A DNA stretch of 64,000 nt from an uncultured Ignavibacteria bacterium (GTDB taxonomy: Bacteria > Zixibacteria > MSB-5A5 > CAIYYT01): positions 73,350 through 137,349 of the forward strand of contig CAZTYE010000005.1 in NCBI GenBank assembly GCA_964617645.1, given 5' to 3'. The translations under genes were made by a program, and so were the position numbers. Below are positions 59,064 to 64,000 of this stretch, piece after piece; the stretch's first letter is position 1, and every line of letters starts with the position of its first letter. The notes under the pieces are model-generated. The model saw only the letters and a list, made by a program, of their open reading frames with translations. It was not told where the DNA came from and did no database searches.

Positions 59064-60980
59064 ATGGGTAAGGAAACTTATAGCGAGACACTTATAAGCC
59101 TTGCGATGCTCAAGGTCAATGCTGACGTAGAGGGTAAAGACTATATTGAATACTTGGTGCCTTTTGTTCAAGCCGTCCTTGCAGAGCACAATCCGAGTCC
59201 GGTGACAGCCCAAGCAACAACAGATCTGCTCTTTCAAGATTTTGGGCTCCGAGTTACAGATAGAGGTTGCGAATTAGTTCTCCGAAGGCTCGAGAAGAGG
59301 CAAATTCTCCAAAAGATCAACTACCAGTATCAAATTTCCAAATTGCCAAAGTCCGGTGACATCCGGCTCAAGCGGGAAGAAGCTCAGAAGAGGCTCGAAG
59401 AATTCATTGCGTCATTGATTGATTTCGCAGCAAGATCGTTCTCATTCGAGTGGACGACTGAAGACGCGAAGTCTGCTTTTATTCACTATCTGTCCAAGTT
59501 CTCGATTGAATGCCTCAAGGCCTTTCAACTTGGAACTGCCCTTCCTCGGGTCAACGACCCCGACCCGAAGAACGTCTACGCTTGCGCTGCCTTTATTAGA
59601 GACTTGAAGGAGACGGCCAATCCACTCTTTGAGGCCGTAATCGTCTATGTTAAAGGACACATGCTCGCCAATGCCTTGATTTGTCCCGACTTGGCCCAAG
59701 TCACAACTAAATTCAGCGGCGTTAAGTTCTACTTAGATACCCCTGTTATACTGAAACTGCTTGACCTTCAAGGGCATCACGAAAAGCGAGCGGCCGAAGA
59801 GCTTCTTGAAGTTGTTGTTGCACTCCGGGGCGAATTCTACGTCTTCGAGCATACTTTTCAAGAAGTCTTTCGCGTCATCCAAGGCGCGGAAATGCACCTC
59901 GACGATCCCAAGGGTCGGGGACGCATCGTCAGCGAAGCACGGCTACGAAACCTTAGTAAGAGTGACTTGGCGATGATACGAACCAATCTTGAGGAAGTAT
60001 TGAAACAACACTCGGTTCGAAAGATCGATACACCAGACTATAGCTTGAGCTTTCAAATCGACGAGAAGCTTCTCGCAGAAACCATTGACGATGACATCGA
60101 TTATCTGAACGAAAAGGCACTCGCTTATGACGTGAACTCCATCCGTAGCGTGTATGCACTTCGCAAAGGAAAGGAACCAACCAAGTTGGAGGACGCGAAT
60201 GCTGTGCTGGTCACCTCGAATGGAGCCTTAGCGAGAGCAGCATACGAGTACGGGAGGGAAGTCGAGTCAAGTCGCGAAGTGTCGTCTGTCATTACCGACT
60301 TCAGTTTAGCGAACATCGCTTGGCTGAAGGCACCGTTGAAGTCGCCAGAATTTCCACGTTTGGAGTTGCTGGCCTCGTGCTACGCGGCAATGGAGCCGAA
60401 GGCATCTCTTTGGAATCTCTATTTGTCCGAGATCGACAAGCTTCGAGAATCAGGTCAAGTTAGTGCTGACATGCACGCTGTCCTCCGTTATTCGTTGAAA
60501 GCGAAGGAAGAGCTCATGAACCTGACGTTGGGCTCTGAAGAAGATTTCTCTCAGAGAACTGTTACCCAGATCATTCAGCGAGTGAGCAGTGAGCTCTCCA
60601 AAGAGAAGCAGAAAGAAATCGAGGCAGAAAGACTGGCGCGGCAGGCTGAAGCTCGAGGTCGGGAGCGAGAATTGAGCCTGCGACGTGAGATCGAAGATCG
60701 TGTCAAGGCTCGGGTCTCAAAAGTCTCAGCAATATCGAGTGCGGTGATCATGGTTATGGCTGCCTTTCTAATTGTTACAGGGTCGGTATATCTCGCATTC
60801 TTCTCAGGTAATTTCGTTGAATGGCCTCTCGGTACACGAATAGTCCTGGGCCTTGCAGTGACAGTTGTATTCGTCTGGGGAATTCTCGATCTGATCCTCG
60901 GAGTCTCGGTAAGAGACGCGTCACGCAACCTCAATGAGTGGCTGCGGCGAAAACTAGAAAAATGGTTATTGCCGGGATAG
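59064..60980 (+). CDS. Hypothetical protein on a lower-GC island: PIN-like nuclease motif in the middle, C-terminal coiled-coil and two TM helices
   Basis: ATG at 59064 with a GGAG ribosome-binding site 8 nt upstream; the ORF track opens at a GTG at 59040. KFYLDTPVILKLLDL resembles PIN motif 1. Acidic FYVFEHTFQE sits ~40 aa later, and AVLVTSNGALA resembles the T-x-D motif but with N. C-terminus: KEKQKEIEAERLARQAEARGRERELSLRREIEDR, then two hydrophobic helices. Confidence 0.5.
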   Translation: MGKETYSETLISLAMLKVNADVEGKDYIEYLVPFVQAVLAEHNPSPVTAQATTDLLFQDFGLRVTDRGCELVLRRLEKRQILQKINYQYQISKLPKSGDIRLKREEAQKRLEEFIASLIDFAARSFSFEWTTEDAKSAFIHYLSKFSIECLKAFQLGTALPRVNDPDPKNVYACAAFIRDLKETANPLFEAVIVYVKGHMLANALICPDLAQVTTKFSGVKFYLDTPVILKLLDLQGHHEKRAAEELLEVVVALRGEFYVFEHTFQEVFRVIQGAEMHLDDPKGRGRIVSEARLRNLSKSDLAMIRTNLEEVLKQHSVRKIDTPDYSLSFQIDEKLLAETIDDDIDYLNEKALAYDVNSIRSVYALRKGKEPTKLEDANAVLVTSNGALARAAYEYGREVESSREVSSVITDFSLANIAWLKAPLKSPEFPRLELLASCYAAMEPKASLWNLYLSEIDKLRESGQVSADMHAVLRYSLKAKEELMNLTLGSEEDFSQRTVTQIIQRVSSELSKEKQKEIEAERLARQAEARGRERELSLRREIEDRVKARVSKVSAISSAVIMVMAAFLIVTGSVYLAFFSGNFVEWPLGTRIVLGLAVTVVFVWGILDLILGVSVRDASRNLNEWLRRKLEKWLLPG

Positions 60981-60990
60981 AGTGCGCGTG

Positions 60991-61039
60991 TGTACCACCG
61001 TGCAGTCCCGCCTTGCCGGATTGCGGTGGGATTAGACTC
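60991..61039. repeat. Family B hairpin repeat, directly after the low-GC gene
   Basis: TGTACCACCGTGCAGTCCCGCCTTGCCGGATTGCGGTGGGATTAGACTC. Confidence 0.7.
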
Positions 61040-61180
61040 TGATTGAGGCACTCATCCCCAATCTCGAACTGCCTTCTTCGTGGAGCACGAAAGCGGACTT
61101 GCGTGTCCCCAACAGTCAACGCCTCACATTAAATTCTGCCGTGCTTTGGGCATCACGCCGCAGGCGTCGTCGAAAAATCA

Positions 61181-61238
61181 ACCCTCATCCCCAACCCCTC
61201 TCCCTGACAGGGAGAGGGGCAAGGGGAGAGGGTCGCGC
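61181..61238. repeat. Family F palindromic repeat (CCCTCTCCCTGACAGGGAGAGGGG core), upstream of the DUF559 gene
   Basis: CCCTCATCCCCAACCCCTCTCCCTGACAGGGAGAGGGGCAAGGGGAGAGGGTCG. Confidence 0.7.
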
Positions 61239-61267
61239 ATCATTCCAAGAATCGTTATCTTACATTG

Positions 61268-61633
61268 ATGGGCAAACTTCCGCCGTACATGATCGCGCTT
61301 TGCCGTGAACTTCGTAAAAACCAGACCGACGCAGAAGCGCTCCTGTGGGCTTGCCTGCGACGAAAGCAACTTGGCGGATTCAAATTCCGACGGCAGCATC
61401 CGATCCGGCGTTATGTCGCGGACTTCTGCTGCATCGAAGAAAAGCTGATAATTGAACTCGATGGGGAAGTTCATAATGATGCTGATCGACATGACTACGA
61501 TCGGCGACGCGTTAATGAACTGAGATCGCGCGGCTTTCGAGTCATGCGCTTCCGTAACGAAGCGGTGCTTGAGCAGACGGAGAATGTTCTTCGCAAGATT
61601 CTCTCGGCCCTCACCCCCAACCCCTCTTCCTAA
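61268..61633 (+). CDS. DUF559 endonuclease-domain protein (Vsr-like fold)
   Basis: ARELRKNQTDAEALLWACLRRKQLGGFKFRRQHPIRRYVADFCCIEEKLIIELDGEVH is the canonical DUF559 core. Its 3' end runs into a family F repeat that encodes ...LTPNPSS. Confidence 0.8.
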   Translation: MGKLPPYMIALCRELRKNQTDAEALLWACLRRKQLGGFKFRRQHPIRRYVADFCCIEEKLIIELDGEVHNDADRHDYDRRRVNELRSRGFRVMRFRNEAVLEQTENVLRKILSALTPNPSS

Positions 61634-61660
61634 GCGGAAGTGGGGCAGGGAGAGGGTCGC
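61608..61660. repeat. Family F repeat variant overlapping the DUF559 3' end
   Basis: CCCTCACCCCCAACCCCTCTTCCTAAGCGGAAGTGGGGCAGGGAGAGGGTCG. Confidence 0.65.
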
Positions 61661-61665
61661 GAGTC

Positions 61666-61900
61666 TACTCCTGACGGCACGATGAAGCTGGATTCCGGCG
61701 TTCGCCGGAATGACGAACTCGGCTGGATTCCCGCTTTCGCGGGAATGACACGCACCAAGAAAAGTTTCTCCATGCGTTGTCTTCCCCGCGCAGGCCGAAG
61801 GTCCCGCGCTTCAGAGGGACGGGAAACCAGCGGTCTCGAAAATCAAACCCTCACCCCCAACCCCTCTCCCTGACAGGGAGAGGGGCAAGGGGAGAGGGTC
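61666..61900. repeat. ~235-bp composite repeat (RS3-like ATTCCC-N8-GGGAAT modules + family F), copy 1
   Basis: CCTGACGGCACGATGAAGCTGGATTCCGGCGTTCGCCGGAATGACGAACTCGGCTGGATTCCCGCTTTCGCGGGAATGACACGCACC...CCCGCGCTTCAGAGGGACGGGAAACCAGCGG...CCCTCTCCCTGACAGGGAGAGGGG. Near-identical to 63041..63272. Confidence 0.8.
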
Positions 61901-61911
61901 GTGAGCCCAAT

Positions 61912-62055
61912 CCCGACCGAGGTCGGTTCCGTCAGGATTGGAATCCTGACGGCGCAAAGAATGGCGCATTGCCATGCGCCCCGATGCGATGAAATTAACG
62001 CTCGTCGACGATCTCTCCCACTGTCAGGGCATGGGGCGCAGGAAGAGGGTCGGGC
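61912..62055. repeat. Partial family C module + module D + family F' variant
   Basis: CCCGACCGAGGTCGGTTCCGTCAGGATTGGAATCCTGACGGCG, then GGCGCATTGCCATGCGCCCCGATGCGATGAAATTAACGC, then CTCTCCCACTGTCAGGGCATGGGGCGCAGGAAGAGGGTCG. Confidence 0.6.
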
Positions 62056-62056
62056 C

Positions 62057-62953
62057 TCAATCGCGCTTGATCAGGCTGCCGTAATTCAGTGTTATCGATT
62101 CGCCCGGCTCGGCGTCGAAGTGCTTGAAGACGTTGAGCTTCACCAGTCCAAACGGTCCATAGTGCTGTACATAAAGTTCTCGAATTGGCGTTAAGTCGAA
62201 GCGAAGCCTCGCGCTCATCCGGCAACGCTCGCCGCCACAATCTGCATTGCGGCAATGATCATCGTTGTCGTAGTGGCGAAGGTAGAGATTGGCTTGAACC
62301 GGATCTGATTCCATGAAAGTCCGCGGCGCCATGTACATGAAGAAATAGTGATTCTTGCAGCCGCCGCCGAATTCGACATCCAGGATAATCGTATCCCTCA
62401 GAACCCGAGCAGCGACGAGATCATACTGGTCATGCGACAATCCCGAAACATAGTCAGTAAACATCACAGTGCCGGTCAATGAATCGGAAGGCGCTGACCT
62501 TGAGACCATGAGACCCGCTCGCGCATCCGGCATCGGTGGCGTGGCTAAATCGTCGATTCTTCCGAGATTTGGATCGGGGAACAGGGAATGCAACTCGAAG
62601 TAATAGCCGTTCCAGAACACCCGACGTCGGGAGCAGTCACCGTCGGACGCAGCGCCAATGATCCCCAGCGTCAGAAGCTGTGCTGGAGTCGAACCGCGTT
62701 TGACCAGGATGGTGGCCTCGGCGTAGCCGGGGAATAGATATTCGGGGTGCTCGGGATGGCGCAGATCGACCGATGTGCCATTGAAAGTTACGGCTAAATC
62801 TTCACCGTGCACGCGCGCAGTTTGGCGATAGTCGAGAATGAACGATTGCTCCATCTGGACGACAATGTCACGATCGTCATCTTCATTGCATTGAATGGTG
62901 AGCAGGGAGAAAGCAGAGATGGCAATGATCGCGAGGGAAGTGGAATATCGCAT
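62057..62953 (-). CDS. Secreted hypothetical protein (possible lipoprotein)
   Basis: 298 aa. Signal peptide MRYSTSLAIIAISAFSLLTIQCNE. No recognised catalytic motif. Flanked by the ~235-bp direct repeats. Confidence 0.5.
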   Translation of the reverse strand: MRYSTSLAIIAISAFSLLTIQCNEDDDRDIVVQMEQSFILDYRQTARVHGEDLAVTFNGTSVDLRHPEHPEYLFPGYAEATILVKRGSTPAQLLTLGIIGAASDGDCSRRRVFWNGYYFELHSLFPDPNLGRIDDLATPPMPDARAGLMVSRSAPSDSLTGTVMFTDYVSGLSHDQYDLVAARVLRDTIILDVEFGGGCKNHYFFMYMAPRTFMESDPVQANLYLRHYDNDDHCRNADCGGERCRMSARLRFDLTPIRELYVQHYGPFGLVKLNVFKHFDAEPGESITLNYGSLIKRD

Positions 62954-63040
62954 GCGTATGTCCTCCTACCCTGAAGGGACGCAAATGTAGACGAATTGTG
63001 CAACGCCGATTTGTGGATACGCTTGCCGAAGGCGAGTCCA

Positions 63041-63272
63041 TTCCTGACGGCGCGATGAAGCTGGATTCCGGCGTTCGCCGGAATGACGAACTCGGCTGGA
63101 CTCCCGCCTTCGCGGGAATGACACGCACTAAGTAAAGTTTCTCCATGCGTTGTCTTCCCCGCGCAGGCCGAAGGTCCCGCGCTTCAGAGGGACGGGAAAC
63201 CAGCGGTCTCGAAAATAAAACCCTCACCCCCTACCCCGCTCCCTGACAGGGAGAGGGGCAAGGGGAGAGACG
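63041..63272. repeat. ~235-bp composite repeat, copy 2, same orientation as 61666..61900
   Basis: Near-identical sequence. Differs by a few substitutions, e.g. ACTAAGTAAAG vs ACCAAGAAAAG. Confidence 0.8.
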
Positions 63273-63330
63273 GCGCACAAGACCGTCATGCCGACGGAAG
63301 TCGGCATCCAGCTTCTTTGCTGTTGCTAAC

Positions 63331-63535
63331 CTGGATTCCGGCGTTCGCCGGAATGACGGGCTCGGCCGAATTCCGGCTTGCGTCGGAATGACAGTCTCCC
63401 CAACAGGGAGAGGGTCGCGTAACCAGCGCGATCGGGAATCCTTTCCCGACCGTTGCCCATGCCGTCAGGATCGGAATCATGACGACGCGATGCAGGGCGC
63501 ATGGCAATGCGCCCCGACGCGAATTAGTCTCGTCA
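63331..63535. repeat. Partial family E module + family C module + module D
   Basis: CTGGATTCCGGCGTTCGCCGGAATGACGGGCTCGGCCGAATTCCGGCTTGCGTCGGAATGAC..., then CGATCGGGAATCCTTTCCCGACCGTTGCCCATGCCGTCAGGATCGGAATCATGACGACG, then GGCGCATGGCAATGCGCCCCGACGCGAATTAGTCTCG. Confidence 0.65.
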
Positions 63536-63541
63536 AATTTG

Positions 63542-64000
63542 TTAGCGGATCGTCAAAGTGTTTATCGAATAGCAGACTCTCACCTGGCCCCACTCAAGTC
63601 CCGAGATTGTGACCCCCGCCGGAATCGACGCTTCGACGACGTAGGCAGCCGTCGAAGTGCTCACAACGGGATGACTCAGCGACACCGACAGCAATTGCCA
63701 CGTGCCTCCGGATCCTGACGAAGAAACAGAGGCCAATTGGGTCGCCTGAGGCTGGTTTGACACGAGCTGGATGTGGCGATGGAGTTTGAAAGTAATGTCG
63801 GCTGCGGCGTGACTGTCCTTCACATACACCTGAAGGCCGGTAATCGTCGCACCGACCGGAACGCGTACTTCGGCGAAGAGACTAAACGTCAGCCCGGAGG
63901 TCGACCAGGCGTAAATCGAAGACGCGGTGCAGTTATAGGTATAAATATCGGCCCCGTTACTTTTGACCCAGCCGCCGCACGGTGGAATGACCCAGCAGTC
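63542..64000 (-). CDS. Hypothetical protein, C-terminal part; the gene starts beyond the window end
   Basis: The minus-strand frame stays open from the window end down to the stop at 63542 (...LTFSLFAEVRVPVGATITGLQVYVKDSH...TLTIR). The track lists only the internal GTG-started piece. Confidence 0.4.
   Translation of the reverse strand, partial: DCWVIPPCGGWVKSNGADIYTYNCTASSIYAWSTSGLTFSLFAEVRVPVGATITGLQVYVKDSHAAADITFKLHRHIQLVSNQPQATQLASVSSSGSGGTWQLLSVSLSHPVVSTSTAAYVVEASIPAGVTISGLEWGQVRVCYSINTLTIR

Overview
This 64-kb window is a chromosomal segment of a high-GC, diderm (Gram-negative type) bacterium, probably from an uncultivated lineage. The diderm call rests on LptD-like, BamD and LolA homologues; I cannot assign taxonomy from sequence alone.

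Most of the window is housekeeping and runs on the + strand. Left to right: a partial H+/Na+-pyrophosphatase, two SDR oxidoreductases, ferritin, and an SPFH/zinc-ribbon gene pair. Then DapF, ArgS, an FtsK–LolA–RimO block, a BamD–NadD–PolA–TPR–CoaE block, a split transketolase, and an aminotransferase–PckA pair.

Several things stand out.

- **Unlinked rRNA locus.** A tRNA-Ala–23S–5S unit has its own sigma70-like promoter and terminator but no 16S. A tRNA-Ile(GAT) lies about 4 kb away on the opposite strand.
- **Insertion in 23S.** The 23S gene carries a ~458-nt ORF-less insertion at the site homologous to E. coli 23S ~1917, a known group-I-intron site. The insertion itself contains two dispersed hairpin repeats.
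- **Rearranged tRNA-Ile region.** The tRNA-Ile is followed by two 80-bp tandem units that duplicate its 3' end plus flank, and by an inverted copy of its 5' half.
- **Dispersed repeat families.** There are at least six small palindromic or composite families. Two are hairpin motifs (family A, CTTCGGTGCCCCACAGCTTGCTGTGGG; family B, GTCCCGC-N3-GCGGGATTGCGGTGGG). The others are the modular X/C units flanking the dockerin gene, RS3-like ATTCCC-N8-GGGAAT units, and the CCCTCTCCCTGACAGGGAGAGGGG repeat that flanks a DUF559 gene. They occur in the 23S–5S spacer, inside the 23S insertion, around a dockerin-bearing secreted protein gene, and densely at 58.7–63.5 kb.
- **Accessory region at 58.7–63.5 kb.** It is repeat-dense. 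It holds a visibly lower-GC gene for a 638-aa protein with a PIN-like motif and a C-terminal coiled-coil plus 2-TM tail, which I treat as a candidate novel defence or abortive-infection effector. It also holds a DUF559 (Vsr-like) endonuclease and a secreted protein gene flanked by ~235-bp direct repeats.
- **Other notable genes.** These include an orphan MntA-type antitoxin with an apparent HepT remnant, and a lipoprotein with a papain-like peptidase domain plus an IPT/TIG domain. There is also a signal-peptide-bearing truncated haemoglobin, and an EPSP-synthase-fold protein after argS.

All calls come from reading ORF translations and nucleotide motifs. No database searches were run.
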